DNA of 32,000 nucleotides from assembly GCA_000091165.1 (NCBI GenBank), contig FP565575.1, forward strand, positions 330,001-362,000, in the 5' to 3' direction. The translations under genes were made by a program, and so were the position numbers. Source of the DNA: Candidatus Methylomirabilis oxygeniifera. Its GTDB lineage: Bacteria > Methylomirabilota > Methylomirabilia > Methylomirabilales > Methylomirabilaceae. Under the pieces are notes generated by a model, which made no database searches, was not told where the DNA came from, and worked only from the letters and a program-made list of their open reading frames with translations. Every line of letters starts with the position of its first letter. Position 1 is the first letter of the stretch. Of this stretch, positions 8,207 through 17,646 are shown one piece after another.

Positions 8207-8492
8207 TCGAGTTGGAGACCGCAAAGGCATGCACCTGCGGCTCACCGTCGATCACTCCTTCAAGCGCTTGCAGCACCTGGGGGTACGTTTCGCGATGATA
8301 CACATCCGCACTGTCGGCCCTGTCCCACAGGCTGATGGCAATCGCCTCATTACGCTCGCCGGACACGAAGGAGATTTCATCGCAAAACCCGTCCTGCGAC
8401 CTGAGGATCGGGATGATCGTACTCTGTAGCGTTCGAGAAAATGCTACAGCGCTACCCGGACGAAGCTTTACGCAGATCTTTCTTGCAAACAT
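8175..8492 (-). CDS. small protein, possibly ABM-like dimeric alpha-beta barrel
   Basis: MFARKICVKLRPGSAVAFSRTLQSTIIPILRSQDGF...YHRETYPQVLQAL layout. Confidence 0.6.
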   Translation of the reverse strand: MFARKICVKLRPGSAVAFSRTLQSTIIPILRSQDGFCDEISFVSGERNEAIAISLWDRADSADVYHRETYPQVLQALEGVIDGEPQVHAFAVSNSTIHKIPNLPR

Positions 8493-8708
8493 GCGTTCCT
8501 CCTGAATACAGACGATTAATGGGATTCCAGGTGACTCGATCTGTGAGGACGACCGCGGAACTCCCGGTGGCAGGACCTTAGGCAACAAATTCTATTCAAG
8601 GCATTAGCGTGTGTCAATAACAATCCTCCGACCTTGCGTAGGTCAGAGGATGCGACGACGGGATTGCGGATGAGATCTGAGACCCGCGCCGCGGGTCGTC
8701 TAGTGCTT

Positions 8709-8798
8709 TCAGCCTGACCCTCGCTTGCGGAAGACGATCAGGTACGTGAGAACTCCAACGAGTACGAGTCCTCCGAGCTGCCACAGCAGACTTTCCAT
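8709..8798 (-). CDS. 29-aa predicted membrane microprotein downstream of aconitase
   Basis: MESLLWQLGGLVLVGVLTYLIVFRKRGSG*; SD TAGGAGGT overlaps the aconitase stop codon; not in the supplied ORF track. Confidence 0.6.
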   Translation of the reverse strand: MESLLWQLGGLVLVGVLTYLIVFRKRGSG

Positions 8799-8807
8799 GC
8801 TTACCTC

Positions 8808-10736
8808 CTAGGCCGTAGCCTTGATGGTATAGTTCAGCATCCCACCGGCCAGGACGATATCCACCTCACGAGCGGTCAGATCATGCCTGGCCACGAACTC
8901 TGTTCCTTTACTGACATTGCTGACGACAACCTGCTGTCCCCCTCGGATCTGCTCAGCCACTCGCTCGATCCGCAGGTGATCTCCCTGACCAATGCTATCA
9001 TAATCCCGCCCATCCGCAAAGATCAGCGGCAGGATCCCGAAGTTGATCAGGTTGGCGCGGTGGATACGGGCGAACGACGCGACGATGGCTCCCTTGAGAC
9101 CCAAGTACATCGGTGCGAGCGCCGCATGCTCTCTGCTCGAACCCTGGCCATAGTTGCTACCCCCGATCACGAAGCCGCCGCTCTTCTCCTTTGCACGCCT
9201 GGCGAACTCCGGATCGACCCGGCTGAAGGCGTACTCCGAGATAGCCGGGATATTGCTGCGGAGCGGCAGGATCTTGGAGCCTGCCGGGAGGATATGGTCG
9301 GTGGTGATGTTGTCACCCATCTTCAGGAGGACCTCACCCTCGATGGTTGAGGGGAGTTCACCCCGAATCGGGACAGGCTTGATGTTGGGGCCACGCATCA
9401 CCTCGATCTGTTCCGGATGTGGCGATGGCGGGACGATCAGGTTATCGTCGAGGACGAACTGCTCCGGCGGGAGCACTGATACCGGTTGGCTGACGCGCCT
9501 CGGATGGACGATTTCACCGGCCAGAGCGGAGGCCGCGCAGACCTCCGGGCTCGACAGATAGACCTTGTCGTTGGGCGCGCCGCTCCTACCCTCGAAGTTG
9601 CGATTGAAGCTTCTGAGTGACGCCGTCCCGCTGGCAGGAGCCTGACCCATGCCGATGCACGGGCCGCAGGCCGATTCCAGGATCCTTCCGCCCGCTGCAA
9701 TCAGATCGGCCAGTGCGCCATTGGCGGCGATCATGGTATAGACCTGCTTGGAGCCCGGCGTAACCGTGAAGCTGATGTCCGGGTGGACGGTCTTTCCCTT
9801 CAACATCGTCGCGACCGTCATCAGGTCCCGGAACGAGGAGTTGGTACAGCTTCCGACGCAGACCTGAGAGATCTTGGTTCCCTCGACCTCGGAGACCGGA
9901 CAGACATTGTCCGGGCTCGAAGGCCGGGCCACCATCGGTTCGAGTCGGTCCAGGTCGATCTCCAGCAGTTCGTCGTAGGTGGCATCGGGATCGGGCGCCA
10001 GCGCAACCCAACTGCCTTCACGTCCCTGCGCCGCGAGATAGCGGCGGGTCTGCTCGTCGCTGGGGAAGATGGAAGTTGTCGCGCCAAGCTCAGCCCCCAT
10101 GTTGGTGATTGTGGCCCGCTCCGGCACGGTGAGGCACGTCACCCCGTCGCCCCCATATTCCAGGATCTTCCCCACGCCGCCCTTCACGGTAAGTCGCCGT
10201 AAGACCTCCAGGATGATGTCCTTGGCCGCCCCCCATGGGCCTAGCCGTCCGTTCAGTCGGACCAGCAGGACCTTTGGCATTGGGAGGTAGAACGGCCCTC
10301 CCCCCATGGCGACAGCGACATCCAGGCCACCCGCCCCGATGGCGATCATCCCGACGCCGCCGCAGGTCGGGGTGTGGCTGTCGGAGCCGAGCAACGTTTG
10401 TCCCGGCGCGCTGAACCGTTCCAGGTGGACCTGGTGACAAATCCCATTCCCGGGACGCGAGAAGTAGATGCCGTACTTGGCCGCGATGCTCTGCAGGAAC
10501 CGATGGTCATCGGCGTTCTCGAAACCGGTCTGCAGCATGTTGTGATCCACATAGCTGACCGATAGCTTCGTCCTGACACGCGGGATACCCATCGCCTCGA
10601 ACTGCAAATAGGCCATCGTCCCGGTCGCATCCTGGGTCAGCGTCTGGTCAATCCGGATCGCGACCTCTTTGCCCGGAGTGAGCTCTCCGGCCACCCGGTG
10701 AGCCTCAAAAATCTTCTGCACCAGATTCATGCCCAT
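8808..10736 (-). CDS. aconitate hydratase
   Basis: GMNLVQKIFEAHRV..DQTLTQDATGTMAYLQFEAMG...GSDSHTPTCGGVG...ACGPCIGMGQAP...GSNYGQGSSREHAAL. Confidence 0.97.
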   Translation of the reverse strand: MGMNLVQKIFEAHRVAGELTPGKEVAIRIDQTLTQDATGTMAYLQFEAMGIPRVRTKLSVSYVDHNMLQTGFENADDHRFLQSIAAKYGIYFSRPGNGICHQVHLERFSAPGQTLLGSDSHTPTCGGVGMIAIGAGGLDVAVAMGGGPFYLPMPKVLLVRLNGRLGPWGAAKDIILEVLRRLTVKGGVGKILEYGGDGVTCLTVPERATITNMGAELGATTSIFPSDEQTRRYLAAQGREGSWVALAPDPDATYDELLEIDLDRLEPMVARPSSPDNVCPVSEVEGTKISQVCVGSCTNSSFRDLMTVATMLKGKTVHPDISFTVTPGSKQVYTMIAANGALADLIAAGGRILESACGPCIGMGQAPASGTASLRSFNRNFEGRSGAPNDKVYLSSPEVCAASALAGEIVHPRRVSQPVSVLPPEQFVLDDNLIVPPSPHPEQIEVMRGPNIKPVPIRGELPSTIEGEVLLKMGDNITTDHILPAGSKILPLRSNIPAISEYAFSRVDPEFARRAKEKSGGFVIGGSNYGQGSSREHAALAPMYLGLKGAIVASFARIHRANLINFGILPLIFADGRDYDSIGQGDHLRIERVAEQIRGGQQVVVSNVSKGTEFVARHDLTAREVDIVLAGGMLNYTIKATA

Positions 10737-11228
10737 CGCTTCACCCTATCGGTCAGTGGCATAGTCATGTTCAAGACATATGATCTTGTAGCAGCCGGTA
10801 CAACCAATCGCATGCACATTTCGTATTTATCGTAATTGCAACCGCCCACAGCGTCAACGAAAAAGGGGTGGCATCTTATGCGATGGGTTATTTCAGACGT
10901 AGCGCGCGGTGTCCCGTCCCTTCATGAATAGCTCCGGTGCAAGCAGGTTCTTGAGGTAGTGCACCAGTTGCGCTTTCGTTTAACGCAAACCGTGTAGCGC
11001 AAGAAGAAATGTCGGTGCACTCATTGCCCACACGTCTCCCTCGACGGCCCGAACAAGTCTCGGGAAATCAATGAGTTGCCGCTTGAACCGTGAAACCTCT
11101 GGAAGCTGGCATGGCGATTGCTTTTTCCTCAGGCAGACGTATCTTGCTCAAACGATCGAGACCAGATGGCCGCGAACCATTATGGTATCGCGCGATCTGC
11201 AATCTATCACTCAAAGGAGGCGGGTCAG

Positions 11229-11573
11229 ATGAAGAGATTCACGAAGCGGTTCGTTCCTGGACTGATCGCCGTCTTGCTCTTGAGCAGCCTACTCCTCGTT
11301 CAAGCCGAGCCCGTGCTGGCGAAGACAAAGTTCTTCTTCGGGCTGAACATCGGGGTTCCGCTGGCGCCGCACGCAGTGTATCCCTATCCGGCCCCGGCGC
11401 GGGTTTACTACCCACCGGTCTATCCACATCCCGCTCCGGTGCGCGTCCATCACCGGCCGGTCTACCAGGCCTACCCGCCATGCGCTCAAGTCTGGATCCC
11501 TGGGTACTATGATCCCTATGGGAACTGGGTCTTCGGCTACTACCAATCTGTCTGTCCCCCTTACGGCTACTGA
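11229..11573 (+). CDS. small secreted Pro/Tyr/His-rich protein
   Basis: Signal peptide MKRFTKRFVPGLIAVLLLSSLLLVQAEPVLA then YPYPAPARVYYPPVYPHPAPVRVHHRPVYQAYPP; SD-like ggaggcgg upstream. Confidence 0.7.
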   Translation: MKRFTKRFVPGLIAVLLLSSLLLVQAEPVLAKTKFFFGLNIGVPLAPHAVYPYPAPARVYYPPVYPHPAPVRVHHRPVYQAYPPCAQVWIPGYYDPYGNWVFGYYQSVCPPYGY

Positions 11574-11667
11574 CCACGCGGTTTAGACGTGACGGCTACA
11601 CGTTGGCATGGCGCTCATCGACTTCAAGGAGGTCACATCGATTAGTATGGAAAAAGGGGAATACGGC

Positions 11668-11970
11668 ATGCGCATGAAGAATCCCCCCCATCCCGGAAGG
11701 ATTGTCCGCCAGGAGTGTATCGAGTCGCTCGGAGTGACTGTTACAGACGCAGCGGAACGCCTCGGTGTGACGCGGCAGACCCTTAACAACCTGGTAAACG
11801 AGAAGGCCGGGATCTCTCCAGAGATGGCGATCCGACTTTCTAAGGCCTTCGGCAGCGGCCCAGAGGTGTGGCTTGGTCTACAGGTGGAGTATGACCTTGC
11901 TCAGGCAGAACGATACGCTGCGAAGATCAAGGTGAACCGAATCACTGCCACGCCTTCTGCCCTGCGCTAG
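11668..11970 (+). CDS. HigA-family antitoxin-like XRE regulator, no adjacent toxin seen
   Basis: [58 protein letters not shown]. Confidence 0.88.
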   Translation: MRMKNPPHPGRIVRQECIESLGVTVTDAAERLGVTRQTLNNLVNEKAGISPEMAIRLSKAFGSGPEVWLGLQVEYDLAQAERYAAKIKVNRITATPSALR

Positions 11971-12122
11971 GGGACGTAGGTTTCTGTCTTCGGCAGGGCT
12001 GGGTCTCAGCAGCGCAAGTAGCTTAGTGGGGTGCGGTATGGTTTGATGTAGTGCAGGGTCCGGGCTCTGGACCGTGATGGGGATGGGATGCTGCGCGAAG
12101 GGCTCTGCCATCGGGGAGAGCA

Positions 12123-13343
12123 GTGAGGTCTATGCAAACGGGTAGCGATCGATCAGGGGAGCAGGCCCGGTGGATCATCCATGTCGACATGGACGCCTTC
12201 TATGCTTCTGTGGAGCAGCACGATCACCCGGCTTATCGCGGACGCCCCGTCATCGTAGGGGCCGATCCCCAAGGCGGCAGGGGCCGCGGGGTGGTGTCCG
12301 CCGCCTCGTATGAAGCCCGCGCATTCGGCGTCCACTCGGCCATGCCGATCAGCCAAGCCTACCGGCGGTGTCCGGAGGGGGTGTTCCTCCCCGTCCGGAT
12401 GTCGCACTATCAGGCGATTTCAACTCAGATCTTCCAGATCTTTTCCCGATACACCGACCTCGTGGAGCCGCTCAGTCTGGATGAGGCCTTCCTGGACGTG
12501 ACCGGGAGTCTTCGGCTCTTCGGTTCTGCAGAGATTATCGGACGGCGGATCCAGGCGGAGATTAGGGCTGAGACGGGGCTAGGGGCCTCTGTCGGCATCG
12601 CCGCCAACAAGTTCGTCGCCAAGGTCGCCTCCGACCTGCGAAAACCGAACGGCTTCGTGGTCGTCCCGCCAGGGCAGGAGGCCGACTTCCTCCAGCCCCT
12701 CCCGATCGAACGGCTCTGGGGCGTCGGGCCGAAGACCGCAGGACGACTGCGCCGGATTGGGCTTACGACTATCGGCGAAGTGGCGGCTCGCCCGCAGATG
12801 GAGCTGACGACCGACTTCGGACAGTTAGGCGCGCATCTGTGGGAGTTGGCCCAGGGGATCGATACCCGAGAGGTGATCCCGGACGAGCCTGCCCAATCGG
12901 TGGGAGCGGAGACCACATTTGCAGAGGATACGGCCGATCCCGCCCGAATCCGTCAGACGCTGTTGGCCTTGTCGGAGCGGGTGGCTCGGCGCCTGCGGGT
13001 GGATGCTCTGCAGGCCGGTGCCCTCACCCTGAAACTGCGGGATGAGACCTTCCGGACCCAGACCAGGTCGGTCTCGCTCTCAGAGCCCACCGATCAATCT
13101 CAGGACCTCTACCGGACGGCGCTGATGCTGCTGGAGCGGCTCCCCTCCTCGGGCCGCAAGGTGCGTCTCCTGGGGGTGGCAGCCTCGAGGCTGTCCGATC
13201 TCAAGGGATCGGGACGGCAACTCTCATTGGAGCTGGATCCTGCCGGCGCCAAGCAGCGCCGGTTGACGGAGGCCGTGGATCGTATCCAGGCGCGGTTCGG
13301 GAAGAAGGCGATCCGTCCGGCCAGTCTACTTTCCTCTTCGTGA
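12123..13343 (+). CDS. dinB: DNA polymerase IV (Y-family)
   Basis: IIHVDMDAFYASVEQHDHPAYRGRPVIVG...SLDEAFLDVTGS...GIAANKFVAKVASDLRKPNG. Confidence 0.96.
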   Translation: MRSMQTGSDRSGEQARWIIHVDMDAFYASVEQHDHPAYRGRPVIVGADPQGGRGRGVVSAASYEARAFGVHSAMPISQAYRRCPEGVFLPVRMSHYQAISTQIFQIFSRYTDLVEPLSLDEAFLDVTGSLRLFGSAEIIGRRIQAEIRAETGLGASVGIAANKFVAKVASDLRKPNGFVVVPPGQEADFLQPLPIERLWGVGPKTAGRLRRIGLTTIGEVAARPQMELTTDFGQLGAHLWELAQGIDTREVIPDEPAQSVGAETTFAEDTADPARIRQTLLALSERVARRLRVDALQAGALTLKLRDETFRTQTRSVSLSEPTDQSQDLYRTALMLLERLPSSGRKVRLLGVAASRLSDLKGSGRQLSLELDPAGAKQRRLTEAVDRIQARFGKKAIRPASLLSSS

Positions 13344-13364
13344 CCGTAGGTTCCTGTATAGACT

Positions 13365-13832
13365 TTAGTCATGGCTCTTGTCGTCCGTTCTCAGGGAGCC
13401 CTGGATCGAGTCGTCAGATTCGCCATCCCCGAAGGCTTCCTTGGTGGTGTGGCGACGCGGGGAGATGTTGTGTAAATAGCGCCCCATGGTGTCCTCCATG
13501 ATACCGGTACGGAGGTTGTCGTCGCGACTGAACAGACACTCACCACGTAAGACGTAGAGGCGGAAGGAAATCGGCGCCGTATTGAGGGTGCGGACATTGA
13601 CTGGAAGTGTGACCTTGGTGCTCAGATGGGCCGACAGATTCGCAGTCATGGCATTGTTGAAGTGGCTGGTAGACAGGTAGACGCCGATATCAACGTTGTG
13701 AAATGCTTCAGATTTGAGAAACGAGCCGTAAACGTAGGCGAAAAGTACGTCGGTGTAATGTAGTAACTCGGCGGCAATCTGATCCCGAATAGCACTGCGT
13801 TCAGCAGGGCTCAGTCGGTAGAGCCGTCTCAT
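13365..13832 (-). CDS. nucleotidyltransferase-fold (MNT-like) protein
   Basis: VLFAYVYGSFLKSEAFHNVDIGVYLS; start placed at MRRLYRLSPAERS. Confidence 0.7.
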   Translation of the reverse strand: MRRLYRLSPAERSAIRDQIAAELLHYTDVLFAYVYGSFLKSEAFHNVDIGVYLSTSHFNNAMTANLSAHLSTKVTLPVNVRTLNTAPISFRLYVLRGECLFSRDDNLRTGIMEDTMGRYLHNISPRRHTTKEAFGDGESDDSIQGSLRTDDKSHD

Positions 13833-13848
13833 CGGACTCGTCCCCGCA

Positions 13849-14289
13849 TTATCGTTTTTCCGCTTCCCACTCCTCTTGGCAGGTCGCACACCGCTGGGCG
13901 AAGGGTAGGGCCTGCAGGCGGGGTAACGGGATCTCGTCGCCGCATCCGGCACAGCGGCCGTACGTCCCGGCCTTGTGGCGCTGGATGGCCACCTCGATCG
14001 CCTGAAGCTGTTGTTGCTGCTGCGCCACCATGGCCAGGCTGATGTTGCCCTCCGGCGCCGCGCCCCAGCCGTGAGAGCCCGGCGCATCCCGCATCTGAGA
14101 CTCCTCACGCCGCTCGTGAAGCGCCTGACGGATCCGCGCGGCCAGTCGCTCACGCCGTTCGGTCAGCAACCCCAGGAGCTGCGAACTTCTATCCTCTGAG
14201 TCGGTCTCTGTCTGATTACGCTGGTCCACCGACGACCTCATTCGGCAAGCTGGAGTGACAGTTCCCGGCTTTCCGTCTCTGCGTTGCAC
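13849..14289 (-). CDS. TraR/DksA-family zinc-finger protein
   Basis: LQAIEVAIQRHKAGTYGRCAGCGDEIPLPRLQALPFAQRCATCQ; start may be internal. Confidence 0.85.
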   Translation of the reverse strand: MQRRDGKPGTVTPACRMRSSVDQRNQTETDSEDRSSQLLGLLTERRERLAARIRQALHERREESQMRDAPGSHGWGAAPEGNISLAMVAQQQQQLQAIEVAIQRHKAGTYGRCAGCGDEIPLPRLQALPFAQRCATCQEEWEAEKR

Positions 14290-16493
14290 GCAGACAGGCC
14301 CTTTTGCAGTCGAGCTACGAGGCCGGTGTAGCGAAGCTGGATCTTCTGATTCTTCACGGCGATGGCGATCGCCTTTTTGGTGCCTACCAGGACGACCAGG
14401 CGTCTGCCTCGCGTAATGGCGGTGTACAGGAGGTTTCGCTGAAGCATGACGTAGTGCGCCGTGTGCATCGGGATGACGACGACCGGATACTCACTGCCCT
14501 GGCTCTTGTGGATGGTAACAGCGTAGGCGAGCACCAGTTCATCCAGCTCGTTGAAGTCGTAGGTGACGTGGCGATCGTCAAACCGGACAGTGACCTCGCG
14601 GTCTTCCAGGTTGAGCGTGACGATCCGGCCGATGTCGCCGTTATAGACGTCCTTGTCGTAGTTATTCCTGATCTGCATCACGCGATCCCCACGCCGGTAG
14701 AGGCGACCGGCGCGAAGCAGCTCCGGCCCTGACGGGTTTAGGAGCGCCTGCAGCGCCTGATTCAGTTGCATGGCGCCGATCGGCCCTTTCTGCATCGGGC
14801 TCAGGATCTGTAACTCCTCCAGCGTATCGACGCGATGCCGTGAAGGCAGCCCCCGCGCCGCCAGCTCCAGGATCGCCGCCTGGACCTCCAGCGCGTCTTG
14901 TTTGGCGAGCAGGTAACAGTCGCCGTGCTCCTGCGCCTCCCAATCCGTGCAGAACGGCATCTCCCCCCGATTGATCCGGTGGGCATTGACCACAATCTGG
15001 CTCTCCCTGGCCTGCCGGAAGATCTCGGATAGTCGGATGACCTGCACAAGGCCCGACGCAATGATGTCGCGCAGCACCGCGCCCGGCCCTACCGATGGGA
15101 GCTGGTCCACATCACCCACCAGAATCAGACCGGCAGCCGGCGGGATGGCCTTCAGAAGGGAGTTCATCAGCACGATGTCGATCATCGAGGCCTCGTCCAC
15201 GATCACCAGATCGGCATCCAACGGTCTGTGCTGGTCTCGCTTGAACCGACCATCCTTAGGACTGAACTCCAGGAGGCGGTGGATGGTCTTGGCTTCCCGA
15301 CCCGTGGCCTCGCTCATTCGCTTTGCTGCCCGCCCCGTAGGAGAGCAGAGGAGCATCCGGCGGTGTTTTTTCTCCAGGATCTGCAGGATGCACCGCAGGA
15401 TGGTCGTCTTGCCGGTACCAGGGCCGCCGGTGATGACCAACAGCTTGCGTATGAGGGCCGCACGGATCGCCTCCCTCTGTTGTTCCGCCAAGTGTAGCCT
15501 GTTCACCTGCTCCGCCCAGAGAATGGCGCGTTCGATGTCGATGTCTGCGGGGAGCTCGCCCCCTTCAGTCAGGACCTGCAGGCGCCGGGCGACCCCTTCC
15601 TCCGCCGCATACAGCGAGGCGAGGTAGGCCGCCACCCCTTGCGGTTCAGGCTCATCCGTCTGTGTACGAAGCACAGGCAGGCAGACCACCCGTTCCTCGC
15701 GTCGAAGCCGTTCAACGGCCTGGGTCACCAGCTCCTCGTCGACCTCCAGAATACCGGCGCTCGCTTTCGTGAGGCCGTCAAGGGGGTAGTAGACGTGGCC
15801 CTCCCCGGCCAGCTCGTTCAGGACATGGATGACCCCGGCCTCCACCCGCAGCGGCGAATGCGGCTCAATCCCGATCGCCTGGGCGATCCGGTCGGCGGTC
15901 TTGAAGCCGATCCCATAGATGTCCTTGGCCAGCCGGTAGGGGTTTTCCTGGACAACAGCGATGGAGGATTTTCCGTAGGCTTTGAAGATCTTGGCGGCAT
16001 AGGCGGAGGAGACGCCATGGCCCTGCAGAAAGACCATCACCTCCCGGATCTCTTTCTGCTCCTCCCAGGCGGTCCGGATCCGCTGAAGTCGAACCTCGCC
16101 GATCCCATCCACCGTGAGCAGGCGGGAGGGCTCCTCCTCGATAATACGCAGGGTGTCGATACCGAAGACCTCCACCAGCCTTTTGGCAAAGATCGGGCCG
16201 ATCCCCTTGATGAGGCCGGAGCCCAGATACTTCTCGATACCGGTGAGCGTGGCGGGGGAGATGGTTTCGAAGGCTTCGACCTTGAACTGTTCGCCGTATC
16301 GGTTGTGCTGGATCCACTCGCCGGTCAGCTTGAGAGTCTCGCCCGGCGTGACGGTCGGCAGGTTGCCTACAATGGTGGCCAGGTCCCGGCGTCCGGATAC
16401 CTGGAGCCTGGCCACCACATAGTGGTTCTCTTCGTTGACGTACGTGATTCGCTCCAGCGTTCCCTGGAGCGTGTCGTATGATCGCGCAGGCAT
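14238..16493 (-). CDS. recD2: RecD2-like ATP-dependent DNA helicase (SF1)
   Basis: LLVITGGPGTGKTTILRCI, HRLLEFSP, DLVIVDEASMIDIVLMNSLLKAIPP, AYAVTIHKSQGSEYPVVVIP; long N-terminal OB/HhH region; start at MPARSYDTL. Confidence 0.93.
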   Translation of the reverse strand: MPARSYDTLQGTLERITYVNEENHYVVARLQVSGRRDLATIVGNLPTVTPGETLKLTGEWIQHNRYGEQFKVEAFETISPATLTGIEKYLGSGLIKGIGPIFAKRLVEVFGIDTLRIIEEEPSRLLTVDGIGEVRLQRIRTAWEEQKEIREVMVFLQGHGVSSAYAAKIFKAYGKSSIAVVQENPYRLAKDIYGIGFKTADRIAQAIGIEPHSPLRVEAGVIHVLNELAGEGHVYYPLDGLTKASAGILEVDEELVTQAVERLRREERVVCLPVLRTQTDEPEPQGVAAYLASLYAAEEGVARRLQVLTEGGELPADIDIERAILWAEQVNRLHLAEQQREAIRAALIRKLLVITGGPGTGKTTILRCILQILEKKHRRMLLCSPTGRAAKRMSEATGREAKTIHRLLEFSPKDGRFKRDQHRPLDADLVIVDEASMIDIVLMNSLLKAIPPAAGLILVGDVDQLPSVGPGAVLRDIIASGLVQVIRLSEIFRQARESQIVVNAHRINRGEMPFCTDWEAQEHGDCYLLAKQDALEVQAAILELAARGLPSRHRVDTLEELQILSPMQKGPIGAMQLNQALQALLNPSGPELLRAGRLYRRGDRVMQIRNNYDKDVYNGDIGRIVTLNLEDREVTVRFDDRHVTYDFNELDELVLAYAVTIHKSQGSEYPVVVIPMHTAHYVMLQRNLLYTAITRGRRLVVLVGTKKAIAIAVKNQKIQLRYTGLVARLQKGLSACNAETESRELSLQLAE

Positions 16494-16518
16494 CTTGGCG
16501 CCACTCCGACGTGAGCGT

Positions 16519-16722
16519 TTAGCCTGTCGCCTCCTCGTACCAGGCCATCTGAATCGCCTCCAACTTGGCCTCCGAAGCGCTGTTGGGGTCGTCGTCGAAC
16601 TCCGCAAGCTCAGTGATCCACTTGTGCAGAGTGGTGAACGGCACCTCCAGAGGATCCTGCTCAGGATGCGACTGAATCAGGGCCGCCGCGATCTCGTACG
16701 TGTCGTCCCAGAAGAGGCTCAT
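16519..16722 (-). CDS. iscX: IscX family Fe-S assembly protein
   Basis: FWDDTYEIAAALIQSHPEQDPLEVPFTTLHKWITELAEFDDDPNSASEAKLEAIQMAW. Confidence 0.92.
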   Translation of the reverse strand: MSLFWDDTYEIAAALIQSHPEQDPLEVPFTTLHKWITELAEFDDDPNSASEAKLEAIQMAWYEEATG

Positions 16723-16742
16723 CTTCCCTCACCGATTTCTTT

Positions 16743-16833
16743 CGTCATTGCGAGCGACCAATGGGAGCGCGGCAATCTCACCGTCGTTGTCCTGAAGGAC
16801 TGTGAGATTGCTTCGGTTTCGCCTCGCAATGAC
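16743..16833. repeat. inverted pair of dispersed short repeats
   Basis: cgtcattgcgagcgacc...gcggcaatctca and tgagattgcttcggtttcgcctcgcaatgaca are imperfect inverted copies. Confidence 0.8.
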
Positions 16834-16860
16834 ACCTTCGTGAAGTAGCCTTAGGAATCT

Positions 16861-17463
16861 CTACAAGTTGACTTGTGGTGCATTAGCGTACCGCGCCGTC
16901 ACAGCCGACCAATCGATGCCCTTAAAGAAGGCTTCGATGTAATCGGCCCGCTTGAGCCCGTAGTCGATCATAAAGGCATGTTCAAACACATCCATAATCA
17001 GCAACGGTACGCCTCCGGACAGGTGCCCGGTGTCATGTTCACCGATCCAGGCATTGCACATCCGATTGGCGACCGGGTCCAGGTATAAGACCACCCAACC
17101 GATCCCCCGCATGGCTCCCGATCCCTTGAAGTCCTTCTGCCAATTGTCGTATGAGCCGAAGTCTGCTGTAAGTTTCTGACAGAGGTCTGAGGCCGGATCC
17201 AAGCCTCTCCCGCCTTTCACCATATTCCCAAAATAGTACTCATGCAAGCGCATTCCATTAAATTCCCAGCCGAATCGCCGCTTCAACTCTGCGTATTCCG
17301 GCGCGGCGGTCTTGCCGTCTTTCAGCATCTGACACAGCGCGTCGGCCAGCTTATTCGTATTGGCGACATACCCCTGGTAGAGCGTAAAATGATTTTTCAT
17401 GAGCGGATCGCTCAATCCCTCGATTCCCAGCAACTGCTCGTAATTTCTTGCCTCGTAAGCCAT
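16861..17463 (-). CDS. Fe/Mn superoxide dismutase
   Basis: GIGWVVLYLDPVANRMCNAWIGEHDTGHLSGGVPLLIMDVFEHAFMIDYGLKRADYIEAFF; start taken at MAYEARNYEQL, ORF open to 17535. Confidence 0.93.
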   Translation of the reverse strand: MAYEARNYEQLLGIEGLSDPLMKNHFTLYQGYVANTNKLADALCQMLKDGKTAAPEYAELKRRFGWEFNGMRLHEYYFGNMVKGGRGLDPASDLCQKLTADFGSYDNWQKDFKGSGAMRGIGWVVLYLDPVANRMCNAWIGEHDTGHLSGGVPLLIMDVFEHAFMIDYGLKRADYIEAFFKGIDWSAVTARYANAPQVNL

Positions 17464-17646
17464 TGGTTGCTCCTCCTCTGACAAACCGATAAGGGTTGAC
17501 CCGAAATCCAGTGCCTTTGTAAACTCCCGCTTCAAGCATGCGGAGACGAGCTTTGCGGGAATGACGTTCGTTATTGCGACTGACGACGCTATGCACAGCA
17601 GGGAGCATAGACACGCATGCTGGGAATGTCAAGATTCAAGGATGAG

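Noticed and set aside
8103-8429. 108-aa plus-strand ORF overlapping the DUF72 gene end
   Set aside because: Overlaps both the DUF72 gene and the better-supported minus-strand 8175-8492 ORF; no recognisable domain.
11668-11970. Second complete HigBA system
   Set aside because: Only the HigA-like antitoxin is recognisable; no HigB/RelE-like ORF lies directly next to it.
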